64,000 bases of DNA from positions 1,860,001 to 1,924,000 of the forward strand of contig JAYWIR010000037.1 of NCBI GenBank assembly GCA_036172245.1. Reading direction: 5' to 3'. The translations under genes and the position numbers were made by a program. Origin of the DNA: Raillietiella orientalis (taxonomy: Eukaryota). The notes below the pieces were generated by a model that searched no databases, was not told the origin of the DNA, and saw only the letters and a list, made by a program, of their open reading frames with translations. Below are positions 13,691-24,821 of the stretch, piece after piece. Each line of letters opens with the position of its first letter. The stretch's first letter is position 1.

Positions 13691-16600
13691 TGAATTGCAA
13701 TGTTTTAGGAAATAAAGGAAATTCCAATCTGAGCCCTGAATCTCCACGGCACTTCAGCTATTTTTTTTAATGAAATCGGTTCCAAAACCGAAACCCTCAA
13801 ATTTCCATGAATTCTCAGACACGGAGGATAAGTCGTGTAAGCAGCTTCAGTTTGCAAATCAAATATGCTTTTATATAGTAATTAAGGGGCACGTCCCTTA
13901 CAGTTCATTTCGGGGAGCGCAAGTGCCAAACTTACGATGTGTTCTGATACATAATGTGTGCTTCTAGCAGAAAATCCTGATTCTGCACCAGATGCATTCA
14001 AATTGGTAGGAGGAGGCGCCGGCGAAGAACCGCGTGGCCGAAATTCCATTTCAATGAGCCACCGTTCTTCTTTTAGATGCAGGAAAGGATCTCCGATTTT
14101 CCGAAAATAATTAAGAAAGCGTGGCCAAGAAAAGAGGCGATTTGCGGAATGCATTCTGGTACGCTTCCCGGTTTGATCAATCCGTGCTCGCAGGCTACTT
14201 TCTTTGGTTCCCTTTCATTCCTTATACACATGCTCTCGTTGGAACACGGAGGTCAAGCGGTACAGGAGCGACGAATGAACGAAACGAACTTGAAGCTAGC
14301 GTGGAAAAGTACAAATTGGCATAGCACCAGGATCATTCTTATCACATCTTCAGTACTGCTCTGATTTACGAATACTCAAAGAACAATATTGCACACAAAA
14401 TTGCCACCAGAGCGCAAGAGTGTCTTGCATGACGCGAGGGACACGTTGTGGCAGCTCCAAGATAATACGATGCTATTTGTAGGAGATATAAAAACGCCAA
14501 AGTAGTAGAATATTATTTCATTTTGAAACAAAAAGGAAGCATTTATTATTCAACATGGAGAAAGAAAAAGAAAAAGAAAAGCTGTTTGGGTTTTCGCTGA
14601 TGTTGAATCAATTTCAAGCAATTTCAGTGTCTCAGCTACATCTTCTTGTTGAAAGGGGTGCCTTAGCAAGCCGCCACTTTATTCACGAAAGTTAATGAAC
14701 GAAGCAGAATCGGTCTATTGAAATCAAGGGTCGGTATTCTTTTTGAAAAAGGCCGAGCCGACACCATGCCACAAAATGGAAATTCAGCCACGGGGGCTGC
14801 ACGAGGGCCGACTTACACCGTGTTATGAGAGGACCGGCACCATCCTATCGTCGCGTTATACGAGGGCCTATTGTTTGTTTGGAGCTGTTAGCAGAGCTTC
14901 TTATGATCGGCAAAGGAGTTGAGTCTGTTCCTTGAAAAACGAGAATAAAGTGGGATAAGGGATGACTTTCACGTCAACACGGACACGGATCTGAATGACG
15001 CACGAAGCCCCTCCCCTTGAACTTTGCCCGGTTTTGCATACGGAGAACAGTGTAGGAAGAAGCAATTCTTCGCTGGTAGACCGGGCCCATATGAACTGAA
15101 GGAAGGCCCCCCCCCCCCCCCATTTGCGTCCTTCCTGTCAACAAGAGCTCCCGATTTTAGCGGGGGTCTGAAAGTTTCGAAACTTTGCTTCGTGGCAGCC
15201 ACAAGCTCTCTCCATGTGGCGAAGAAACTGAGTGCGTTTTCTGCTTGGGATCATGAAACATTGTGGCCAAGAGTGAGGTAACGATCTTCCTGACTACTCT
15301 GAGGCGGTCACGTGGCGAATCTCTGTAATATGCATGCAAGCTGTGATATTCATCACTCGAAATAAAGTGTACTTTTATGTTTTCCATTGATATGCAAACG
15401 CTGTTTCCTACATTTTCCCCCTTATGCTTCTTTCGTCGAACTTTGAGACCCTGCGTTTGTCTGCCTTCCGTCTCGAAGTTTCCTTTCTTCTTTGCCACCC
15501 GAATAAAACAAGTTTCCTCTCTCGAACGAACCTCTCCGTTCTACAATTTTTTGCACATCTGAACTTCATCCCTCATTGAAAGCTCCCAGTCACTGATTCA
15601 TTTTTAATACTCGATATTCTCCACTGAATATTTAACATTGTATGAAGGGCGTTTTGCGTTTCCGTTCCTTTTTTAGATATTAAAAAATGTTATTTCAACA
15701 AAACACGTGGCCGATACTCTAAATGTTACTCTATGCAATAAGAAATTCTAGTGGGATGCCACTCGTTCATACAATCGAAGATTTGCGTCTGTAAAGAATG
15801 CAGTTTTCAGGGAGAAGATGAAGATCGTATGGAGAGATGGCCCTCCGAGTCATCCCAGAAATCGGATGTATTTGTGAGAAACTTGGAAATCGGAATGTTC
15901 CTTCCGTTCTTTGATGGATTCGGTCCAAAAGAACCAAAAAAAGAAATGCGGAATGACAAGAAGGGTCTTCATATTGCTTGTGACCTCAATTTTCAAGTCA
16001 CTTAGAAACCAGAGAGCAAATTCTGTTTCTGAAGATAGCGAATCTCACATCAGTTACCTTGAAAATAAAAAGGAAACGAAGTGAAGCTCAGATAAATCCA
16101 TTTTCGAAAGCATACCTCTTGATTTAGGATCTTACCCCATTTATTTTCAATATACAGCAAAAGTTTCCTTCATGCTTTAGAAAATATTCCAATCCTGATT
16201 TGCAAACCAATATACATAAGATTCAGCAGTCATCCTCTACAATTGAATTCTATTCTGTTCCAGCATTTGTTTCTATCTGATAATGTACTTCCTGATAGCA
16301 ATTAGAGTGGCGGAGCATACTCATATTCACCGCATACTCGAATAAATTGACTTATAGAAAGGCTCGCCTTGTATGGATATAAAATGATATTGAAGAGATA
16401 CAATTTGTAAGAAAAATCTACTTAAGAATAGGAGAGCAGCCTTCACCGCCAAATGGGCTTTCCCAAAGTCCCTACCATTCCTCCTCCAAATGGAATGCCG
16501 GAACTGCAGTAGACTCATTCGGAAAGAGGCAAAAGGGACTCTGCGAACAAGATTGCTTCAGACCCGAATCCTTGGAGTATGGAGTATCATCGAAACACCC

Positions 16601-17691
16601 ACCAAAACAAGGTCAATGAACCCGGCATCCCAGCTTGACCCCACATCCTCACGCCTGTTGAAAGACATCAGTTACAGAATGCATTGCATTACGCCCACGA
16701 CGGAGTCGCAGAATCAGACATCTTTGGTTCCAATACGTAAAGTCCAGATTCCACTTGCAAACACAGTTAAGGGATTTCTCGGGATCGGGAAGTCAACATC
16801 AGGAGCCCTGTGCGAGGCTCGAAAGCTGATACTGAACTTCCGGCTGCGCCGTGTAAAATGGGTTGGGTGTCGACTGCAGAAAGACGCGCAGGAAAAAAGT
16901 CACTTTCGCCATGGGGCGTGAAAACATTCGACAGAACACCGAAGGGCACAGAGCGACCACGAACGCCTGCAGATGACGCCCCGAACTTCACAACAGCCGG
17001 TTGATCGAGAGAAATGATACAGATAATAACTAGTACAAGAAAAGGTAAAATCCTCCTCCCTCAAGTTTACACGAAAGAACGATGCCATCCACTCGTAACA
17101 CCAACGTGCAGACACATGCTGTTTTCTATTCCTTCATTATCGTTGCCACATTAGCAGCACACTACGCGCAGAAAGCGAACTCGAAGGTGGGAAGCCATGA
17201 AAACAAAGTTCGAATCCCCTTACAATAACAACAAAATGCAGATCTACCCCTTCACAAACTCCGGATACATAAATTTGCATCACGATTATTGTGACCGTCA
17301 CTTGGTCACGTTAGGGGCAAACAAGAATAAGGGAATCTAGGAACCAGAAGTCTTTACTGCTACTTCTGTCACGAAAGGTTTCCAGGGAGGCGAGCACCAC
17401 TAATCAAGTTGCCGAACATGAGCGCGGGTATGGGATTGCAAGGAACACCAAGGAATTTGCCCCCATAAGAAAAATTTCAGCTTTCGGCGAATTGTCATGA
17501 TATCGCGGCTAAAACATAAATCTTTTGCAAAGTAGCATTCGCAAAACGTGTTCATAAAGCAAAGTAGGTATGGAATACGTAAAAAATTGATTGGTACGAT
17601 ATACATGCAACAATCTGTAACATGTTCTGGTAAATCATCAACATGAAGGCATCTTGAAATTCTGTATTTAGTACAGATTGAAAGCAAATGG

Positions 17692-17697
17692 TTTATT
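17692..17697 (-). promoter_or_regulatory. Candidate poly(A) signal of the phosphatase gene
   Basis: AATAAA on the minus strand ~58 nt after the stop codon. Confidence 0.45.
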
Positions 17698-17754
17698 GCA
17701 TCAAACAGCTGTAAAATGGTCATTTAAGATGCACCTTATAAAGGACGGAGAGTA

Positions 17755-17883
17755 TCAGATGAGTCGAGAATTCTTTAAATACTGGACTAGCACCAGATGA
17801 ACAAATTTGTATTGAGTGATAGTCTGAACCAGAAGCATCCGCTGCTGCCTCAGGTGATGTAGCACTTTGGGAACTTGAATGGG
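17755..17883 (-). CDS. PTPN14: PTPN14/21-like exon 14 (Q-loop and stop)
   Basis: [18 protein letters not shown]...[11 protein letters not shown]. Confidence 0.93.
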   Translation of the reverse strand, partial: PIQVPKVLHHLRQQRMLLVQTITQYKFVHLVLVQYLKNSRLI

Positions 17884-20800
17884 CTTGAAAACAATAAAAC
17901 TGCTTTAGTAATAAAACACATACCAGATTGTGATCCAAGCAGCAACGCAGTATGTCACTTAATATGGTTACTCCAGTTCGTCCCACACCAGCATTACAAT
18001 GAATTAAAATAGGTCTGTTGCTGCTGCTACCTGGAGTGATATCTGTTTGACTCAGTCTTCGCAGAACATCCATTTCTTGCAGGAATCCTTCATCACACAA
18101 ATGCAAAGCACTTAATTTACTCACTCACACTTACCAATAAAACCTCTTAAGTCCTCTGGGCAACCATGATCTGCCCAGTCTGTATACTGGAGATGCCAGA
18201 TAATCCTTTGACGTCGTGTACTGCTTTGTTGCAATTGCAACTGACAAGTTATATAATTGGGTGAGTGAGTACTGCATTGGCGCACTACCACAAACTCATC
18301 CCACTGTAAGGCACTTTTATCTTTGACGGGCCAGTAAGCTACTTTCTGTGTGCGATCAGCTAACATGACAATCAGACGCACATCTTGTTCCCAGATCATT
18401 TGCCAAAAGTGGGTTACTGTATTAAGTAGAGGTGCTTGACAGCCAATGTAAAAGCGGACATGGTTGCCCACAGAGGCTGTAATGTGTGAAGCATTGATGT
18501 AGCCTGTGCGATTACTCCGTGATGGAATAAGGCGTACACGATTCTCCTCATAAGGCAACACATCTTTGAATCGGTTTTTGTCAGCATTTTCAGGTAGACT
18601 GGCTGTTGTCAGGTCAGCATTAGCCCTTTTCCGGGGTATTTGCTCGAACTCGTGTAAGATGTCTGCATCGGCCAAATGTGCTTCCAATGCAGCAATCTAC
18701 AAACTATGTGCACAGCTACTGCATGTTTACTTACCCTACTGTCAACAAATGCTACCGGCATGGTGTTTTTCACTAACACATTTGGACCCATCAAACCATT
18801 GAAAGCAGCTTTCCTAAGTGGACCAATGGCACTGTTTCTTTTGCTATGAACTACTTTGCTTCGCCTAAAGGCTGGTTGCTCAGACCCAGAACCCAGTTCT
18901 AGTTTAGGTGTATCTTCTGAAACTGGAGACCAGTGTGGTTTTTGTGGCACTCCACTAGGAGACCACTGATATGATTCTGTTTGCTCTTCATATGCTGTTG
19001 GCATGGAAGACATATAATGCACAGCATCCTTGACAGGTAACTGTGCACTAGGATGACTGACATTTTGATAGATGGGTTCCTGCAGGTGATACACATGACT
19101 TTGTCCTCTGCATACTGGCACCAGATTTTGGCTTACTACTGCAAGATTTTCATAAGTTTTGTGCACTTCTGGGCACTGGAAGACTGCAGACACACGCTGA
19201 TGTGATCCAGAAAGCAGATCTGGATCAGAACGACTAATAGGCACATTCTGCATTGGTGAATTTGCTAAATCCGGTGTACTGCTACTAGCAGGACGGCATC
19301 CAGAGCAGTGACGATATGTATGCAACATTTGCAGAAGCTGTTCTCCACTGCAGCCCTACAGATAACCAGTCACGAATTTTTCTTCCTCTTTGATCCTACC
19401 TGAACAGAGAAAACCTGATTCAATTCTGGAGAACTGAAGTTCAGTGCAGAGCGATCACGCACATCACTAAGGTAACCATACGATGACAAGGCCTATCTAC
19501 CACTTTGTACATCAATCAGTATGCTGCAAGTACTCACCTGGGTAGGTATGAACAATGATGTCGGAGCCAAACCAGCAGACATTTTATACTTTTGTTGGAT
19601 AGCCACCTCATAATCCGGAGCAGGCCGGTAGGCAGGAAGAGGCACTCTAATATAGCAAACCTCATTAGAAGAACAGTCAATGACAAGCCTACCATGCCAT
19701 GCACCTCTGAGGTTCTGGATCCACTGAAGCTGGTGACATTAACTGATGACCAGATATGGGGATGCTGTTCTTCGGCACTAGTGTCTGAGTTTCCAAATAT
19801 CGACTGTCCAAAACCGTGGCTGGCGAGAAAGAGCTGCTGTCCAGCTAGAATTCAGATGATACCTTTCTCCAATCAACCTATCTATAGCTTTTACCACATC
19901 TACAATTTGAGGTTGCATGTTGCCTACACACTGCACATCGGGAACAGGAAGGCAGTCACCATCACTATCAGTCAAGCCTAAAGACTCCTGATGTTGTTTG
20001 AAAAATGTATGCTGAAGCACACATAATTGCCACAGATATTTAGACAAGTGCCCCACATCGAGAGTGAAATGTACACTTTCCTCTGCCACTTGGCATTCGA
20101 TACCAAATACTCGTTTGTGGTTAACTAAATTGATTATGCTGCTCCATCTGAAATATGAAACAAACAATATACACTTGAAAAGTTTCTTGGAAATATATTC
20201 CCAATGATACTCAATACAAATGAGAAAATGAAAAAAACTGAAAATATTCAAAACACATGAATCCAAAAAACACAAAAAGTCACATTAAACTGATTTAAGT
20301 CTGGTTTTGTTCTGGGTGATAAGGAACAACTTTAACATACTACTACTTTTTTGGGAAATTTCAAATACAAGCACAGAAAAATTAAGGTACATGTATCTAC
20401 ATGACTTAAGTTGAAGCATATGCATAATAAAAATAAGCTGCTGCATGAAAAAACTTTCCATGATAAACTTGAAAAAACGCAACTTTCAAGAATATTAAAA
20501 ACGTATGTTATCAAACAGAACCACACCAAATATAAACAAGTCAAGAACCACACAATCTAAATATTCTTTAAGTATGCAGGAGAGCAATAAATGATTAAGA
20601 AATGCAAAACTTCATTACATGCTGATAGATTGTAGATCTTTTTGAATCAAAAAGTTTCTTATTTATAAGCTTCAACAATAAAATAAGGCACACTTCAAGT
20701 ATAAAAGCAAAAAATCGGCAAATCCTATGCAAGAAGAGCAACACTAAAATTTCATTTCGAGCTTGCTACAATATCAAAACATATGCCCCTAACAGATTGA

Positions 20801-23800
20801 AAAACCGTAACCTTATCCAAATTTTGTTTTACCCTTTCGTCAAAAAAATTTCAATAACAAAAATGCACAATTAATTTTTGTGTTGCTCTTCTCACATGAG
20901 ATTTGCTTTTTATTCATAACTGAAGTGTTTGTCAAGGCAAATAACATGAAAAACTTCATCAATAATGGATTATGAATGAAGTCTTTTTTCGAGCAATCAT
21001 GAACTGTTTCCAATATTATAGCAATAGAATCCACAGCACAATAGTGTTTGAACGTTCTAACAAATGAAAGATAGCAATCAGGAAAAATAAATTACATGTT
21101 ACTTATGAAGTACGAAAACATTTAAACACAGGTCCCCCAAATGAAAACTTCAAACGGAAATTTCTTTTTGTTTGATAACAGAAAATGTACTTCAGCAAAA
21201 TGGGTTCTCAAATTATTTAGCGATAAATTCGTATAAGAATTAAGTTAATTAAAATCAACTTTTAAAATGAAACCATAAGTTGGAAAACAAAAAACTTTGT
21301 TTCCAAAAATGAGTCCACCAAGTACATCAGTTGTGGAATTCTGATAAATGTATACAAATAGCAGTTTTCTGGAAAAAAATAACATTCACTAACCTATAAT
21401 AATGGGCAGTATTGGAATTTAAGTAACGCACTAAGACTCCATATACAGAAGCTCCAATCAACACTTCATTGCCTGATTCATCCTAAAAAACAAAAAGCAT
21501 TATTGTTGTGCAGTGAGCAAAAGAGCATTACTTTGGCAGGAAAGTACTCCACTCCATAATGCTCCAGCTGAGCTACCTCCATCATATAATATAATTCTGC
21601 TAATGTAGGAAGCATCCCTTGTAAGCTGGCATGCTTTTGCATAACAGAAACCACAAGCAGCTCAAGTTGTCGGGTATCAGTTGCCATATGCTATAAAAAA
21701 ATCCACAAAATTAATATTTCATGGTTCTTTACAAATATCAAAAACAAGGATAGAGTGATTCAAACTTTTTCACAGACTACAACCAACACACACCAACATG
21801 TACGAATGCTAAAAAGAAAAACCAAGTTTCAGAAACCTGCAGATGGGCTATAGTGATCATTCACTATTCAGCATAGCTATGGATATACATATAGGATTGA
21901 TCAAAAACATATAGGAATATTGCAAAGGTCTTTTCTTCAGTGATTTGAAGCAGCCATCCAGTAGTTTAAATTATAGAACATGCTTTAATTTATAAAAACT
22001 TTATGCTTAATATGCAAGGTAGATGGAGCAACGCTTCTTAATTCACTTTTCATTCCCATTTCCCATATTTTCAATATTCACGTTTCCTATCACACAAATC
22101 GCAAAACTTCCAAATCAAGAATTCATTGTTCTAAAGAGATTACTAATATAACACTAAATTATCAACAACAACAAACTATATTTTATGAATTCCTCACTGA
22201 GAGTGTTTGCACATTCAAGAGCATTCACAACAGCCACTTGCAATTAAAATCAATAAAAATGAGGTAAAACTGATTAATCCTAAACCTGAAAACTATCTCC
22301 CAATTTATTCTGAATGATGAAACATTTAAAGCATGTCACAATTTTCTGCAATTTTTAGAGAAAAGTACATCAAAAACATAGTAATGGTTATTCCACTCCA
22401 AAACACAACAGAAGAAAAACTATTAATATTGTTCTAAAACTGGTTAAAACTGTTGCAGAATGTACCTATACAGCATACCTATACATAGTACAAAGAGGAA
22501 ACAACAGTATGTCTTGCATGAAAGTGGCATACTTTTATAGTTTTCGAAAAACTTTGTAAAAACACAGTACACCAAACATTACATCAGAAAATGAGAAAGG
22601 TATCAGAAAATAAAAAGTATACCATGTATGCTAACAACTTTTCACTTCAGTATACAAAATGACTGTTTTTGTTCTTAAAACAATTCGATCAGTTAATTCA
22701 AAATGAATGAGCTCAAAATTCATTCTAAGATGGAAATGACATTTCTTTACAATCAAAAACACTTGAATATTTAACAGATATCATTCAACATGAGATAAAA
22801 GTCTTTTAAAAATTTCCATACGCTACACAAGAAATGTGATTTTTGATAGAATAAAAGAAAAAACCAAGCAAAGTATAAGTAAAATAATGCAAACCTTTGG
22901 CAGTACTATAACATCTTTCAGATATTCTCTTGTATGTTTTTGAGCATTGTGATCACCTAATTCCGCTAAAAATTGAATACAGATGTTAATACGTGAACAA
23001 AGTTTTAACTCAAGCTACCTTGGAGACTGTATGCAGCTAACATTATTGCTTGTTCATAATTGCAAAACACACGTCCTTCCAACACATCAGCTTTTAACTG
23101 AAGAAAATAATGGTACCTTAAAAATACATAAAAGTCCACTGAACACTTTGAATGAAGCAAAAAATAGGATATCAATTGAATTGAGTACATTATTTAACGT
23201 AATTTATGCTTTAAGGTAAGAAAAAAATTATGTGAACTACGTTGCAGTATAGGGAAGATTTTGGAACATAAGAGAAGTAAAATTTGCACAAAGTTTTCAT
23301 TTCGTTGGATTCCATGATGCAAAAAAATTATTGCGAAACAACAATCTCATAAACATGTTTGAAATCAGCTAAAACACATAAATTTGGAATACCTTGAACT
23401 AGTTCTTAAGCAACATAGCAGAGATTCGATTCAAACTGCATTTGTGTACTTACCTAGCATTTTCATCCTGAATTACTTGTACGTCATGAATATAAAACAT
23501 AACTCCCATGTAAAGATTACGATCTTGTGCGTACTTATCCAACTGTTTTTTCAATGGCTTTTCTAAGTCAACCCATTTAACTCTCGGTTCGTTTACTTTT
23601 GCCACATATCTTAAGCCAAAGAAGTCACTCTAAAAGATGAAATTTTTTAAAGAGCGAAATTTGCAAAACAGCTTTCAAACACACCATGCTTGAATTTAAG
23701 AAAGCCAAGAAATCACGTACCTGATGAATTTCCAATCTCTGGCACACATTTTCCAGAAACTCTCTGCCAGTGCTGTCTGCTATTAAAGTGCATTCTAATA

Positions 23801-23894
23801 TATTGTTATCAAGCAATTCCACACAAATCACGTTGACCGATTTGGAGGCAACATTGTATTGCCTTTTTTTGGTTAGTCTAAGATTCAACGGCAT
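17755..23894 (-). CDS. PTPN14: FERM-domain non-receptor protein tyrosine phosphatase, PTPN14/PTPN21 (Pez) family; 14 coding exons, ~945 aa
   Basis: Manual splicing, all GT-AG and phase-consistent: 23894-23721, 23629-23454, 23116-23019, 22965-22895, 21690-21532, 21482-21394, 20147-19895, 19844-19705, 19646-19538, 19492-19400, 19355-18735, 18696-18135, 18087-17924, 17883-17755 (2838 nt). N-terminus [18 protein letters not shown] resembles PTPN14/21. FERM motifs [15 protein letters not shown] and [12 protein letters not shown]; linker motifs AYRPAPDYE and SSTPDL; PTP motifs [33 protein letters not shown]-terminus KNSRLI*. The symbol names the family; the gene is probably co-orthologous to PTPN14 and PTPN21. 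Confidence 0.93.
17924..18087 (-). CDS. PTPN14: PTPN14/21-like exon 13 (catalytic P-loop)
   Basis: [18 protein letters not shown]. Confidence 0.95.
18135..18696 (-). CDS. PTPN14: PTPN14/21-like exon 12 (PTP domain)
   Basis: [42 protein letters not shown]. Confidence 0.95.
18735..19355 (-). CDS. PTPN14: PTPN14/21-like exon 11 (linker)
   Basis: 207 codons containing [28 protein letters not shown] and [11 protein letters not shown]. Confidence 0.85.
19400..19492 (-). CDS. PTPN14: PTPN14/21-like exon 10 (linker)
   Basis: [10 protein letters not shown]...[14 protein letters not shown], flanked by 45- and 44-nt introns. Confidence 0.6.
19538..19646 (-). CDS. PTPN14: PTPN14/21-like exon 9 (conserved YRPxPDYE motif)
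   Basis: [21 protein letters not shown]..., donor GTGAGT. Confidence 0.82.
19705..19844 (-). CDS. PTPN14: PTPN14/21-like exon 8 (linker)
   Basis: Open frame LDSSSFSP...EPQR between TTCTAG and GTGCAT; phase fits both neighbours. Confidence 0.65.
19895..20147 (-). CDS. PTPN14: PTPN14/21-like exon 7 (FERM C-lobe end)
   Basis: [18 protein letters not shown]...[17 protein letters not shown]; 3' boundary chosen by phase. Confidence 0.82.
21394..21482 (-). CDS. PTPN14: PTPN14/21-like exon 6 (FERM C-lobe)
   Basis: [20 protein letters not shown]...YYR, after a 49-nt intron. Confidence 0.88.
21532..21690 (-). CDS. PTPN14: PTPN14/21-like exon 5
   Basis: HMATD...[23 protein letters not shown]. Confidence 0.88.
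22895..22965 (-). CDS. PTPN14: PTPN14/21-like exon 4
   Basis: (A)[29 protein letters not shown] acceptor. Confidence 0.88.
23019..23116 (-). CDS. PTPN14: PTPN14/21-like exon 3 (FERM central lobe)
   Basis: [32 protein letters not shown]. Confidence 0.9.
23454..23629 (-). CDS. PTPN14: PTPN14/21-like exon 2 (FERM)
   Basis: TTTTAG acceptor, SDFFGLRY...[15 protein letters not shown]...GVMFY, donor GTAAGT. Confidence 0.9.
23721..23894 (-). CDS. PTPN14: PTPN14/21-like exon 1 (FERM N-lobe start)
   Basis: [37 protein letters not shown]...LEIHQ, donor GTACGT. An alternative in-frame ATG lies at 23903. Confidence 0.9.
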
Positions 23895-23899
23895 CTTCG

Positions 23900-24430
23900 A
23901 CATCCATTCCAGCAGAGAGCACGGGGCGGGTCCTGCAAGTACAGCAGAGCGGCGTGCCAAGCTCAAGATGTGCAGATAAAGTGGTGCCAATCTGCGATGC
24001 ACAACGCTGAAGGTTACGTACGGTTCGGTGGATCGTGAAGATCAAACAGTTTGCACTCAGATCAGAAGTCAGACGCAGGCCCGTAGCCAGTGAACGTTCC
24101 CCGGTGTCACGTTTCGGCGTGCCTTTCGTCACCCCGCAGTTTCCGAACGCACACAACCCTCGCACCGGCGCTTTTAATTGATCCCCGCGCGTTCGAAAGC
24201 ATCCCGGCTTCCGGGAATTCTGCGTCGCCGTTGCCACTGTCGCCAGTCTCCTCCGTTTTGTAACGAGCTGTTGAAATAACGGGTCACGTTTGAAATTCTG
24301 CAAGCGTCCCCCAAGTATTGCTAAAGAATAGATGTGCATTGGTGACCACCCTTCGAAATCATGCAAATACCGAGGTGAGAAAGGATCCGTGAACGTTGCT
24401 GCTCCGTCTCCCAGCTACGAGCCCCTTTGT
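23900..24430 (-). promoter_or_regulatory. GC/CpG-rich 5' region (promoter, 5'UTR or outron) of the phosphatase gene
   Basis: About 30 CpG in 24001-24300 against an AT-rich, CpG-poor gene body. A possible acceptor CCTTCAG lies at 24013-24007 on the minus strand. Confidence 0.5.
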
Positions 24431-24783
24431 GAAAGAACCGCGAACGTTTTTTTTTTTGGTTTTTTCCTTTCCATTTGGAATGTTCGTTTCTTTGACACTT
24501 CCTTTTGACGTTTTCGGAAGTGGATGTGGACCGGAAGTTTTCGTGGCTACGCTTTTCTTTTTTGATACCTACTTCTGAGTCACGAGGAATGCAAACACGC
24601 AAAAAAAAATTTGCTGCATCGCTTTTGGAAGGTTCTTACAGAACATACAAGAGAATAAACATTCTTGGAGTTGAATAAAATTCACCAACAGACAATTGTG
24701 CACTTGCGTGCCAAGTAATTAAAATGAATACCGTCCTTTATTTTACATTTGGGTCATACACTCTGGGAAGAGCAAGGGGCGAA

Positions 24784-24821
24784 AAAGTCTTTGTACGCAA
24801 ATTTTTGCGTACAAAGACTTT
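24784..24821. repeat. Perfect 18-bp inverted repeat with a 2-nt spacer
   Basis: AAAGTCTTTGTACGCAAA-TT-TTTGCGTACAAAGACTTT. Confidence 0.95.

Noticed and set aside
16490..16921. 143-aa ORF with TVKGFLG (gypsy-like) and faint Harbinger-like hints on the minus strand
   Set aside because: No collinear set of motifs in either orientation.
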